From assembly GCF_051307035.1 (NCBI RefSeq), contig NZ_CP195536.1:1620001-1652000 (forward strand): DNA of 32,000 nt, written 5' to 3'. The translations under genes were made by a program, and so were the position numbers. Under the pieces are notes generated by a model. The model was not told the DNA's origin, ran no database searches, and worked only from the letters and a program-made list of their open reading frames with translations. The stretch comes from Psychrobacter sp. DM4 (GTDB lineage Bacteria; Pseudomonadota; Gammaproteobacteria; Pseudomonadales; Moraxellaceae). Positions within the stretch are counted from its first letter, which is position 1. Every line of letters starts with the position of its first letter. Shown here piece after piece: positions 1 to 9,115 of this stretch.

Positions 1-774
1 GAATTACTACCCTCTACGCAACCTACTAAAGCCGATCAGCGCTACATTATTTGCATGAAATGGGGCGATAAGTATGGTGCTGAGTACGTCAATCGCCTCT
101 ATAATATGGTCAGTCGTCACCTCAGTCTAGACTTTCAGATGATATGCTTAACAGACGATAGTACGGGTATCGATTCGGCCGTAGACTGCTATCCTATCCC
201 TGAGCTTGACCTGCCCGCTGGATTGCCCGAGCGCGGCTGGAAAAAACTCACTACATTCAAGCCTGAGCTCTATGATTATAAAGGTGTCGCTTTGTTTTTG
301 GATATTGATATTGTTATCGTCGATAATATCGATGAATTTTTTACCTACAAAGCGGAACATGATGATAGCGTCGTTATCATCCGTGATTGGAAAAAACCAT
401 GGCGCATGGTAGGTAACAGCTCGGTGTATCGATTTAAAATCGGTCAAAACACCTATCCCAATTTGCTAAGCAACTTTGAGCAGAATTTTGCACAAATTAG
501 CTCAGAGGTTCGTCACGAACAAGCTTATCTGTCCAACTACTTACGTGAGCACCATCACCTAGAATACTGGGATAAAGACTGGTGCGTGAGTTTCAAATAT
601 CAGTGTATTGCTCCTATCCCATTTAACTTCATTCGTGCGCCCAAACTCTCTGATAACGCCAAAATTGTCATTTTTCACGGTGAAATCAATCCACCAGATG
701 CTATTGTTGGTGGCAGTGGCAAATGGTATCGTCACGTCAAGCCCAGTCCTTGGTTAAAAGAATACTGGCAATAA
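1..774 (+). CDS. GT-A-like (DxD) glycosyltransferase, 'KWGxKYG' family; probably 5'-truncated by the window edge
   Basis: The ORF track gives 55..774, but the frame stays open back to nt 1 (..ADQRYIICMKWGDKYG). That stretch aligns with NNIKQIICIKWGTKYG of the paralog at 9116..9967, so the true start lies upstream of 55 and may be outside the window. A DxD-like motif LFLDIDIVIVD is present. Function is inferred from this motif and the glycan-locus context. Confidence 0.6.
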   Translation, partial: ELLPSTQPTKADQRYIICMKWGDKYGAEYVNRLYNMVSRHLSLDFQMICLTDDSTGIDSAVDCYPIPELDLPAGLPERGWKKLTTFKPELYDYKGVALFLDIDIVIVDNIDEFFTYKAEHDDSVVIIRDWKKPWRMVGNSSVYRFKIGQNTYPNLLSNFEQNFAQISSEVRHEQAYLSNYLREHHHLEYWDKDWCVSFKYQCIAPIPFNFIRAPKLSDNAKIVIFHGEINPPDAIVGGSGKWYRHVKPSPWLKEYWQ

Positions 775-790
775 CGCTTTAGGAAATAAC

Positions 791-1792
791 ATGACCCAGC
801 ATAGTGAACCGCCAATAGATATTGTCATTGCTTGGGTAGACGGTGATGATACTGTCCTAAAGCAAAAAAGAGCGCAGTATCAAGGATTATCAAATACTGC
901 CTCTAGTGCTGTCAGCTCAACACGTTTTGCTAGTAATAACGAAATATATTACAACGTTGCTTCCATTATCAAGTACGTACCGTTCTGTCGTCATATATAT
1001 ATCGTCACGGACGGACAGCGACCTAAATTTGTCGATGAATTTGCGGAACAAGGTATTTGTGAAAAAGATAAAATACGTATTATAGATCATACAGAAATTT
1101 TCACAGGGTTTGAGCAGTATTTACCGACTTTTAATACCCGCTCCATTGAAACAATGTTATGGAATATCAAGGATTTATCTGATTACTTTATCTATATGAA
1201 TGACGATTTTTTCTTTAATCAATCTGTGACCTTAGATGAATTTTTAGATGAAGATAACATTATTATTCATGGTCATTGGCGAAAAAATGCAGTACTCCAA
1301 GCCAAACTCAAATATCGTAGTACTATGTCTAGAGTGACTAAGACCCCTATGCAACCAAAGCATACAACTGCCCAGATGCTAAGTGCTCAGATCCTTGGCA
1401 TGACTCAGTTCTTTGAGATTCATCATTATCCTCATATTGTGGATAAGAATATCTTGAAAAATTACTTATTAGATAACCCTCAGTTGTTAAATAAGCAAAT
1501 TAAGTATAAGTTTCGAGATGTGGCTCAAGTCAATCCTATTACGCTTATGAATCACTTAAAAATTCAAGCTAGCGAGGCTATGCTCAGACCTGATACCCCT
1601 ATTAACTATCTTAAGAACAAAAATAGCGTTATCGGTTTTTTAATAGATTTGAATAACGACTCAATCAAATATGGTTGTATACAAAGTCTAGATTTATATG
1701 ATCTAGACGCTTATAACAAAATTAGCGACGCTATGACTCAAAAATTTTTAGAGTATCTACCATCGTCATTGCTGCTAGATGATAATAAATAG
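791..1792 (+). CDS. Stealth-family sugar-1-phosphate (hexose/HexNAc-1-phosphoryl) transferase
   Basis: 333 aa. It matches the Stealth conserved regions as I recall them. CR1-like: IDIVIAWVDGDD. CR2-like: TRFASNNEIYYNVASIIKYVPFCRHIYIVTDGQRPKFV, then LPTFNTRSIETMLWNIKDLSDYFIYMNDDFFF. It starts 16 nt after the upstream gene on the same strand. Confidence 0.75.
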   Translation: MTQHSEPPIDIVIAWVDGDDTVLKQKRAQYQGLSNTASSAVSSTRFASNNEIYYNVASIIKYVPFCRHIYIVTDGQRPKFVDEFAEQGICEKDKIRIIDHTEIFTGFEQYLPTFNTRSIETMLWNIKDLSDYFIYMNDDFFFNQSVTLDEFLDEDNIIIHGHWRKNAVLQAKLKYRSTMSRVTKTPMQPKHTTAQMLSAQILGMTQFFEIHHYPHIVDKNILKNYLLDNPQLLNKQIKYKFRDVAQVNPITLMNHLKIQASEAMLRPDTPINYLKNKNSVIGFLIDLNNDSIKYGCIQSLDLYDLDAYNKISDAMTQKFLEYLPSSLLLDDNK

Positions 1793-1904
1793 TTCTTAAC
1801 GTTAATTATCGAACCATAAATTTATAAAATTGATTCTAAAATTATAGCTATCACTTACCACATTGATCATTGATTTAAATTTTAACTTATCAAGGAATAA
1901 CATT

Positions 1905-3125
1905 ATGGTTTTATTTTTAATATCGAACCATACTGGTTTTAATACGGGTCGAGGGGGCCATTACTACTCTTTGAGACATATGGCTGAAGCTATGGGTAAG
2001 CACAAAGAAGTTGTTACTATAATATTAGGCTCTGAGATGCCAATAGCATTAATAGGTATGGAGAAAGCTTACTATGTACCTACAAGTCTCCATCTACAAA
2101 AAAAAGGTATGAAAAAAGCAGTACGTTTATTAGAAAAGCTGAATTTTTTATCTAGAATATCAGTAGTCCATGCATACGATGCTAAATCTGTATATATTGG
2201 CGCTTCTATTGCAAAAAAAATAGGCGTAAGGTTTTTATTAACTAAGTGTGGCGGTCGAGTACTCAAAAGAAAGTATCCGAAAGTAAACTCTTTGATTGTT
2301 TTTCATGAGATGGATTATCACTATTATAATAGTCATAAAGATCACTATAAAGATGTCTACTTGATTCCAAATAGAGTTAAAGATACAACTTATAATAAGA
2401 ATAGAATACAGCAATTAGAAGATATTAGAGAAAATAGTAGTCTTAATATTATAAAAATAGGAAGGATAGGTAAATATTATTATAAAACATTAACTGATAC
2501 CATTACGTTTTGTTCTGAATTATCAAAATCTAATTATCAAATAAAACTTACATTTATTGGCTATGAAGAGTCATCAGATATTATAAGAAAACTGAATGCT
2601 TTGGCACAGGATTTGAAGGTCGACCTTACTATTTATTCTGATAGTACTTATACTTCAAACGCCTCTGAGCTAATTTGGGCTTGTGATGCTGCTGTTGGGA
2701 CAGGAAGGGGCGCGATGGAGGCGTTATCAGCCGGAAAAATACTACTTTTCCCTGTTGCCAACTTTGATTATCCATGTCTACTTAATGAGGAAACCGCTAC
2801 GTATGCGATGCGTGATAATTTCTCAGAGCGCGTAATGTTACCCCAGGAGCTAAGTCAATATTGTGACCCACACTATGTTATGAATTTATTATTAGATAAT
2901 ACATATGTAGAAAATCTAAAGAAATTTGGTCTTGGCTTGTTTGATTCTAATTTCAATGTAGATGTTGGAGCTAAAAAAGTTATTAATATATATAACGAGA
3001 ATCATACTCTAAACTCTATTACTAGATGGTCCTTATTTAAATTGAGATTGCACGATGCTGTAACTTTTTATAAATTAAAATTAAAGACTTTTAGACATAG
3101 CTTAAGGGCCTCATTAAAAAAGTAA
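1905..3125 (+). CDS. GT-B-fold (GT4-like) glycosyltransferase, very AT-rich
   Basis: The ORF track gives 1863..3125 with a TTG start. The ATG at 1905 is preceded by AAGGA with 7-nt spacing, so it is preferred. N-terminal HTGFNTGRGGHYYS and C-terminal GTGRGAMEALSAGKILLFP resemble the GT-B nucleotide-sugar-binding motif. It is soluble (no TM segments), so it is not a polymerase or flippase. Confidence 0.55.
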   Translation: MVLFLISNHTGFNTGRGGHYYSLRHMAEAMGKHKEVVTIILGSEMPIALIGMEKAYYVPTSLHLQKKGMKKAVRLLEKLNFLSRISVVHAYDAKSVYIGASIAKKIGVRFLLTKCGGRVLKRKYPKVNSLIVFHEMDYHYYNSHKDHYKDVYLIPNRVKDTTYNKNRIQQLEDIRENSSLNIIKIGRIGKYYYKTLTDTITFCSELSKSNYQIKLTFIGYEESSDIIRKLNALAQDLKVDLTIYSDSTYTSNASELIWACDAAVGTGRGAMEALSAGKILLFPVANFDYPCLLNEETATYAMRDNFSERVMLPQELSQYCDPHYVMNLLLDNTYVENLKKFGLGLFDSNFNVDVGAKKVINIYNENHTLNSITRWSLFKLRLHDAVTFYKLKLKTFRHSLRASLKK

Positions 3126-3294
3126 TGTTATCATTAATTTAAAATGAGCGACTATCAAAACTCAGACTAAAAATTTCTGATAAAAAACTTAAGTTTATTT
3201 CAGCACATCTTTACCCTTTATTTAAAATAATATAGGGCGTGTCTTCATTTCTAAAATGGTGATAAAAATGAGATAAATTGCCGTCAAACAAGAA

Positions 3295-3333
3295 AAATAG
3301 CGCAGATAATATCAGGATATTAACCCGCTATTT
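3295..3333 (-). terminator. Compound hairpin between the convergent glycan operons; likely intrinsic terminator of the ugd operon
   Basis: The outer stem pairs AAATAGCG (3295-3302) with CGCTATTT (3326-3333). The inner stem pairs TAATATC (3307-3313) with GATATTA (3316-3322). On the minus strand the hairpin is followed by TTTTTCTTGTTT. It lies 66 nt downstream of the ugd stop. Confidence 0.5.
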
Positions 3334-3398
3334 AGCAAGATTTAGCCCATTGAGATGACTATCGAGTGAATTGAAGACACGACCTAGTATACATATGC

Positions 3399-4565
3399 TC
3401 AATCACTACCGAATAGATCTCGAGTATAAACCTTGTCAATCACATCCTCTAACTCAGACGCTAAACGGTTAGTCAAAATGACATCAGCTTGTTGTTTAAA
3501 TGAAGTTAAATTGCTAATGACTCGTGATCCAAAGAAATGTTCATCTTCTAGTACGGGCTCATAAACGATAACTTCAACACCTTTGGCCTTGATACGTTTC
3601 ATTACGCCCTGCATCGCACTGGCTCTAAAATTGTCTGAACCTGACTTCATAATTAATCGATAAATACCTACAACTTTCGGGCGTCGCTTCAATACAGCAT
3701 CAGCAATAAAATCTTTACGCGTTCGATTAGCATCTACAATCGCTCGAATCATATTATTAGGTACATCTTGATAATTAGCCAATAGCTGTTTGGTATCTTT
3801 TGGCAAGCAATAACCACCATAACCAAAAGATGGATTATTATAGTGAGCACCAATACGAGGATCCAACCCTACTCCCTCAATGATTTGCCGACTATCTAAC
3901 GCTAATGATTCAGCATAACTATCTAACTCATTAAAATACGCAACGCGCATGGCCAAATAGGTATTAGAAAACAACTTGACAGCTTCGGCTTCTGTACTTT
4001 CAGTAAACAGTACAGGTACATCTCTTTTGATTGCACCCTGCAAAAGTAATTCTGCAAACTGCCGTGCTCTAGTTGAACGTTCGCCAACAATAATGCGTGA
4101 AGGATACAAGTTATCGTATAGTGCTTTGCCCTCACGTAAAAATTCAGGCGAAAAAATAAGATTAGAAACATTAAAGCGCTTTTTTGCCTCCTCCGTAAAT
4201 CCTACTGGAACCGTTGATTTAATCACTATTGTTGCACTAGGATTCACTGCGACAACATCGCAAATAACATCTTCAACACTTTTTGTATTGAAATAATTAG
4301 TGTTAGGGTCATAGTTGGTAGGCGTTGCTATAATGACGAAGTCAGCATTAGTGTAAGCTTCTGTAGAATCCAAGGTAGCTTTAAAATTAAGCATACTTTG
4401 ATTCAAAAACTCTTGTATTTCTGTATCTTCGATAGGTGATTGTCCGTCATTTAGCAATGCTATTTTCTCTGGAACAATATCGACTGCGACAACCTCGTTA
4501 TGCTGGGCTAATAGCATAGCATTAGATAATCCGACATATCCTATTCCTGCTACAGCAATTTTCAT
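3399..4565 (-). CDS. ugd: UDP-glucose 6-dehydrogenase
   Basis: N-terminal Rossmann motif [20 protein letters not shown]. The catalytic region [10 protein letters not shown]-like is [14 protein letters not shown]. Length is about 388 aa. The ATG at 4565 has AGGA 8 nt upstream; the alternative ATG at 4574 would overlap the upstream stop. Confidence 0.9.
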   Translation of the reverse strand: MKIAVAGIGYVGLSNAMLLAQHNEVVAVDIVPEKIALLNDGQSPIEDTEIQEFLNQSMLNFKATLDSTEAYTNADFVIIATPTNYDPNTNYFNTKSVEDVICDVVAVNPSATIVIKSTVPVGFTEEAKKRFNVSNLIFSPEFLREGKALYDNLYPSRIIVGERSTRARQFAELLLQGAIKRDVPVLFTESTEAEAVKLFSNTYLAMRVAYFNELDSYAESLALDSRQIIEGVGLDPRIGAHYNNPSFGYGGYCLPKDTKQLLANYQDVPNNMIRAIVDANRTRKDFIADAVLKRRPKVVGIYRLIMKSGSDNFRASAMQGVMKRIKAKGVEVIVYEPVLEDEHFFGSRVISNLTSFKQQADVILTNRLASELEDVIDKVYTRDLFGSD

Positions 4566-4567
4566 CT

Positions 4568-5548
4568 TTAACATCCTGTTTTGTAGAACTTACGATACCA
4601 GCCAACAAAATGCCCGACACCTTGTTTTATGGTCACAGCCGGACGATGACCAGTTTTTTTGAATAAAGACTCAGTATCAGCCCAAGTACGTGGTACATCA
4701 CCCGGCTGCATGGGTAGATAATTATAGATTGCTTTTTTGCCTGTTGCCTGCTCAATAGCATGAACAAACTCCATGAGTGCAACAGGGCTACCGTTGCCGA
4801 TGTTGTATACAGCGTGAGAATCTTGACTCGCATCAGACTTAGGTGGCATATCGAGTAGACGTACAATACCTTCGACGATATCATCTATATAAGTAAAGTC
4901 GCGTTGCATCTCACCATTATTGTAAATATCAATCGGCGACCCTTCAAAAATAGCTTTAGTAAACTTGAACAGAGCCATGTCTGGACGTCCCCAAGGACCA
5001 TATACAGTAAAAAAACGCAATCCGGTGGCAGGTAGATTATAAAGATGAGAGTAGGCATGCGTCATTAATTCATTAGCCTTTTTAGTTGCTGCATACAGAC
5101 TAATGGGATTGTCTACTCTATCTGTTACTGAAAAAGGGGTTTTTGCGTTCTCACCGTATACTGAGCTTGAAGAGGCATAGAGTAAATGTTTGACCCTACT
5201 GTTTCGGCAACCCTCCAGTATATTTAAATGCCCCACTAAGTTTGAATCAGCATAAGCATGAGGGTTGTCTAACGAATAACGTACGCCTGCCTGAGCTGCC
5301 AGATGAATTACAGCATCAAAATTTTCATCTTCAAATAAGTTTGTTACGTCATTGCGGTTGGCAATATCTAACTTGATAAAACGTATATTTGGCACATCAG
5401 CTAGATCTTTTAGCCGTGCAAGTTTAAGGGACACATCATAGTAGTCGTTTAAATTATCAATGCCGACTAAGTCATGATCATAGCTTGATAAACATTTTGC
5501 GACCGCGTGACCAATAAAACCTGCCATACCAGTGATTAAGATCTTCAT
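4568..5548 (-). CDS. NAD-dependent UDP-glucuronate 4-epimerase (UDP-GlcA to UDP-GalA), SDR family
   Basis: [20 protein letters not shown] (GxxGxxG), [13 protein letters not shown], and YxxxK as YAATKKANE. The 326-aa length and adjacency to ugd are typical of Cap1J/LpsL/Gla-type epimerases. Substrate specificity is inferred, not shown. Confidence 0.8.
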   Translation of the reverse strand: MKILITGMAGFIGHAVAKCLSSYDHDLVGIDNLNDYYDVSLKLARLKDLADVPNIRFIKLDIANRNDVTNLFEDENFDAVIHLAAQAGVRYSLDNPHAYADSNLVGHLNILEGCRNSRVKHLLYASSSSVYGENAKTPFSVTDRVDNPISLYAATKKANELMTHAYSHLYNLPATGLRFFTVYGPWGRPDMALFKFTKAIFEGSPIDIYNNGEMQRDFTYIDDIVEGIVRLLDMPPKSDASQDSHAVYNIGNGSPVALMEFVHAIEQATGKKAIYNYLPMQPGDVPRTWADTESLFKKTGHRPAVTIKQGVGHFVGWYRKFYKTGC

Positions 5549-5647
5549 ACTGACTCTGCTTTTTGATAAAAATTGACTTTTAAGTAATAATAGAACTATG
5601 CTTTGCTACAGGCAAAAAGATTTTAATGTATTGGCGCTTAACAACGT

Positions 5648-6592
5648 TTAAATATCCTGAATTTTTCCGTAAGAGTTGACAAACTTCGCTTCGACAACCA
5701 TCTGATATCCTGTTCTACGATGAACCGTTTCTCTTACTGTATTAATTAAAGATAGAATATCCTTCGCCTGAGCACTACCGTTATTTACGATAAAATTGGC
5801 GTGAAGATAAGAGACTTGAGCACCCCCTCTACTTAAGCCCTTTAACCCGCAGTCTTCAATCACTTTACCTGGCGGTCCATAAGTTGCATACATATCAGGA
5901 TTGCTCACGAACACAGAGCCGCAGTTTGGTAGTTTACGTGGGAATTTTTTTCGACGCGACTGTAAAATCTCTAACATCTCTTGGCGAATAGCACTCTTAG
6001 TTTGATTATCATTGAGCTTAAGTCCAACCTCTATGATCACCTCATCTCTTTCTTGAAAGATAGAACGGCGATAAGAAAACTTACACTCCTCTTTGGTATA
6101 ACGTTTTACGTTACCTGCTACGTCTACTGTATCAACATAGTTGACTACACTACCAATACCTTGTCTTTGACTACCGCCATTCATGACAACAAGGCCGCCA
6201 AGGGTACCCGGTATGCCGCAAATGTGTTCAATACCAGATAAGCTGGCTTGCATCGCTGTTTTAGCTAGGCTAGGCGCCCATATACCGGGCTCGGCGGTAA
6301 TCTCTGAGTCATGCACGTGTACTTTTGAGAAGTTAGACCCTATCTGTACAACGACGCCTTGTAAGCCTTCATCTGCAAACAATAAATTTGTCGTACTGCC
6401 TATGATTACTGAGGGTACGTTGTTTTGATAGATCCACTGTCGAACTTTGATTAATTCTTCTTTATTCCTAGGACGAATAATGACCTCGGCTACTCCTCCT
6501 ACTCGCCACTGACTGAACGTAGATAAACACGTTTTAAAAGTAATAATGTCAGGGAAAAGAGCCTTAAGCTCACTCATTCGTAACGCATTCAT
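5648..6592 (-). CDS. MurB-like UDP-N-acetylenolpyruvoylglucosamine reductase paralog (short, type-II architecture)
   Basis: 314 aa. It has an FAD-binding PCMH-type N-terminal half (WRVGGVAEVIIRP, IIGSTTNLLF, GIPGTLGG). Its MurB C-terminal motifs are FSYRRS, CGSVFVSNP and HANFIVNNGSAQAKD. It starts 6 nt after the MurA-like stop. Confidence 0.8.
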   Translation of the reverse strand: MNALRMSELKALFPDIITFKTCLSTFSQWRVGGVAEVIIRPRNKEELIKVRQWIYQNNVPSVIIGSTTNLLFADEGLQGVVVQIGSNFSKVHVHDSEITAEPGIWAPSLAKTAMQASLSGIEHICGIPGTLGGLVVMNGGSQRQGIGSVVNYVDTVDVAGNVKRYTKEECKFSYRRSIFQERDEVIIEVGLKLNDNQTKSAIRQEMLEILQSRRKKFPRKLPNCGSVFVSNPDMYATYGPPGKVIEDCGLKGLSRGGAQVSYLHANFIVNNGSAQAKDILSLINTVRETVHRRTGYQMVVEAKFVNSYGKIQDI

Positions 6593-6598
6593 TGATAT

Positions 6599-7861
6599 CT
6601 ATCCAATACTGCCACTACAGTTTGCACCTAAAGCCTTTAGCTTAGGGATAAGATCAACATAACCACGTCCGATTTGCCAAGCATCAGTAATCACCGTTTC
6701 ATCTTCAGCAGCTAAACCGCATAAGGTAAGTGCGATGCCAGCACGCAGATCTAATGCTTTAACTTGAGCACCTTTTAAGCCACCGCTATTGCCTATAACT
6801 TTAAGCATATCACCAGATATTTCGTACTGTAATCCCATACGAGCCATCTCTTTAGCGTATCCATAGCGACCAGGAAAACGCAAATCCACTATTCGTGATT
6901 CTCCTTGAGCTTGAGCAGCCCAAGCCGCCATAATAGGTTGTACATCTGAGTTAATACCTGGATGTGGTCCAGTACTTATCTCAAGCGGGTAGCAACATCC
7001 GCCTCGAACAATAAGAGAGTTTTCGCCTGTATAAAGTTTTGCGCCTGCAGCTTTAAGATGGGTTAGAACAACTTCTAAATCAGCGTAAGGAAAATCATAA
7101 ATCTCTATATCACCTTTTGTGATAACTGCTGCTGCTAACCACGTGATCGCTTCCATATTATCAGCGATGACTTTATGTTCAACACCCTTTAGATGATCGA
7201 CCCCAGTAATTTCGATATGTTCTTGTCCAAAAACTTTTATACGGGCACCCATACTATTTAGCATCGTGATTAAATCGAGTATCTCTGGACGAATATGCGG
7301 GTTCCAAATACGTGTAACGCCTCTCGCTAATGAACCTGCTATTATCGCGTTTTCTGTAGCTCCTGTTGAACGTATCGGTAAATATATATCTGCACCTATC
7401 AGCCCAGCCTTTGCTTCTGCGCATAAATAGTCATCCTCCTCCCATACGTTTGCTCCTAACTTCTCAAGTAGCATCACATGTAGATCATACTTGCGCTCAC
7501 CAAGTTTACATCCTCCTGGCAGAGGCACTTTTGCTTGTCCAAATCGAGCTACTAACGCACCCAATATAAGTAAAGTATTCCTAATTGAACGACCATCCCA
7601 AACTAAATTTGTTTTTAGATTAGTATTCTCTTTAATGACTATGGTGTCATTGTTTACAAGTACTGTCTCTTTCCCTAAAGAATGAAGCATATCAACATGT
7701 ACTTGTGCATCTAGTAACTGCGAAGGATAGTTTTTTAGGATAATTTTTTCTTCAGATAAAATACTAGCTGCTAATAGACGTAATGCTGAGTTTTTAGCGC
7801 CTGCTAGTGCCACCTCTCCTTGCAGTTTACTTTTTGAAATGGTTAGCACATTATTAGTCAT
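6599..7861 (-). CDS. MurA-like enolpyruvyl (1-carboxyvinyl) transferase paralog
   Basis: 420 aa, enolpyruvyl transferase fold. It keeps the Lys motif LAGAKNSAL, the catalytic Cys loop LPGGCKLGERKYDLH, the Asp in GINSDVQP and the Arg in ALDLRAG. Elsewhere it is strongly diverged from E. coli MurA as I recall it. Confidence 0.8.
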   Translation of the reverse strand: MTNNVLTISKSKLQGEVALAGAKNSALRLLAASILSEEKIILKNYPSQLLDAQVHVDMLHSLGKETVLVNNDTIVIKENTNLKTNLVWDGRSIRNTLLILGALVARFGQAKVPLPGGCKLGERKYDLHVMLLEKLGANVWEEDDYLCAEAKAGLIGADIYLPIRSTGATENAIIAGSLARGVTRIWNPHIRPEILDLITMLNSMGARIKVFGQEHIEITGVDHLKGVEHKVIADNMEAITWLAAAVITKGDIEIYDFPYADLEVVLTHLKAAGAKLYTGENSLIVRGGCCYPLEISTGPHPGINSDVQPIMAAWAAQAQGESRIVDLRFPGRYGYAKEMARMGLQYEISGDMLKVIGNSGGLKGAQVKALDLRAGIALTLCGLAAEDETVITDAWQIGRGYVDLIPKLKALGANCSGSIG

Positions 7862-7961
7862 TCAAAATCTCGTTTTGTCTATACAATTAGACTTTATTAT
7901 TAAATAAAAGGTTTTATAACCAAATTGAGGCATTAGAAGCAGTTTAAAATGAATAGTTCAA

Positions 7962-9056
7962 TTATGATGCTAGATAATCAACATACTGCTGAGCAATATT
8001 CTTAGGCAAGAACTTCTCATCAAAATCAACCTTGAATCTTTGCGGATCGTTCATCAATTCTGTCATTTTTATAGCTAACGCTTCTACATCGTCTACAGGC
8101 ACAAGACTATCGCTAGGCAACATCTCACTAGGCCCTGATGGACAGTTCGTACTAACTACCGGAACCTGTAGAGCCAACGCTTCTGGTATGACTCGCACAA
8201 AACCTTCAAACCGTGAAGATAATACCAGTCCTCTGGCATGCTTCATGTACGGATAAGGATTTTTATTGAAACCTAAGAAGATAATCTTGTCTTCTAATCC
8301 TAAATCTTTGACCAATTCTTTAGTTTGTTCTAGTAGCTTACCCTTACCTAGTAGCACTAGAGGATAAGCCATAGACGATTTGGCATAAGCTTTTATCAAC
8401 ACATCATGCGCCTTTTGATACGTGAGACTACCGACATGCAATATGTATTGATTCGGTTGAAGCACTTTATGAGGCGTACTATATGACTCATGACTCATCT
8501 CTTCAATTAACTGCTTATCAAAAGCATTATAAATTGTCGTACTGATGATATCTGGTCCTAGTCTTGCTTGTAGATCACTTTCCACACCTTTTGAGACACA
8601 AATACAAGGATGTGTCTTGTAGATATGCTGTAGCCTACTAATTTTGTTGTCTAACTTATGACTTTCGGTTAGTTTAAACTTATGAGAGATATCATTTCTA
8701 ATAATGTACATTATATTAGGTAATTTGCTATAAACCATAACCCTATCTGAGGGTTCTAAATTAGATAAAACAATATCTGGCTGTCCAATCTTCTTTGTGA
8801 TGAATTTATCTACAGCACCTGCAAACAATTGATGACGGATGCGCTCACTTGGTATGAGTTTATAAGGTTTAAATTTGAGCATATGATACGATAAATTTGG
8901 ATTTAAATCATACTCTGTAAGAGACTTAAACCTCAAAATATGAACCTCATAACCCAATTCATAAAATCCTTGACCTAAAGTCAGTACTGAACGCTCGGCT
9001 CCGCCCCCCTTTATAGCACTAATAATAAGAACGGCGATTTTGGAACCTTGATTCAT
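7962..9056 (-). CDS. GT4-family glycosyltransferase
   Basis: The N-terminus KIAVLIISAIKGGGAERSVL is a typical GT4 start. The C-terminal E-x7-E region is SSRFEGFVRVIPEALALQVPVVSTNCPSGPSE. Confidence 0.8.
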   Translation of the reverse strand: MNQGSKIAVLIISAIKGGGAERSVLTLGQGFYELGYEVHILRFKSLTEYDLNPNLSYHMLKFKPYKLIPSERIRHQLFAGAVDKFITKKIGQPDIVLSNLEPSDRVMVYSKLPNIMYIIRNDISHKFKLTESHKLDNKISRLQHIYKTHPCICVSKGVESDLQARLGPDIISTTIYNAFDKQLIEEMSHESYSTPHKVLQPNQYILHVGSLTYQKAHDVLIKAYAKSSMAYPLVLLGKGKLLEQTKELVKDLGLEDKIIFLGFNKNPYPYMKHARGLVLSSRFEGFVRVIPEALALQVPVVSTNCPSGPSEMLPSDSLVPVDDVEALAIKMTELMNDPQRFKVDFDEKFLPKNIAQQYVDYLAS

Positions 9057-9115
9057 AACTTATAGCCTGCTAGTGGATTGATACTCAATTTGATCATTTT
9101 ATTATTAAGACTCAA

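Noticed and set aside
148-447. Many 60-150 aa ORFs in the track lying antisense to or out of frame with large genes (e.g. 148..447, 3976..4296, 6183..6428, 13301..13516, 21618..22067, 24087..24485, 25165..25569, 26460..26699)
   Set aside because: They are fully nested in ORFs with strong family signatures and have low-complexity or odd composition. They lack ribosome-binding sites. They are typical shadow ORFs.
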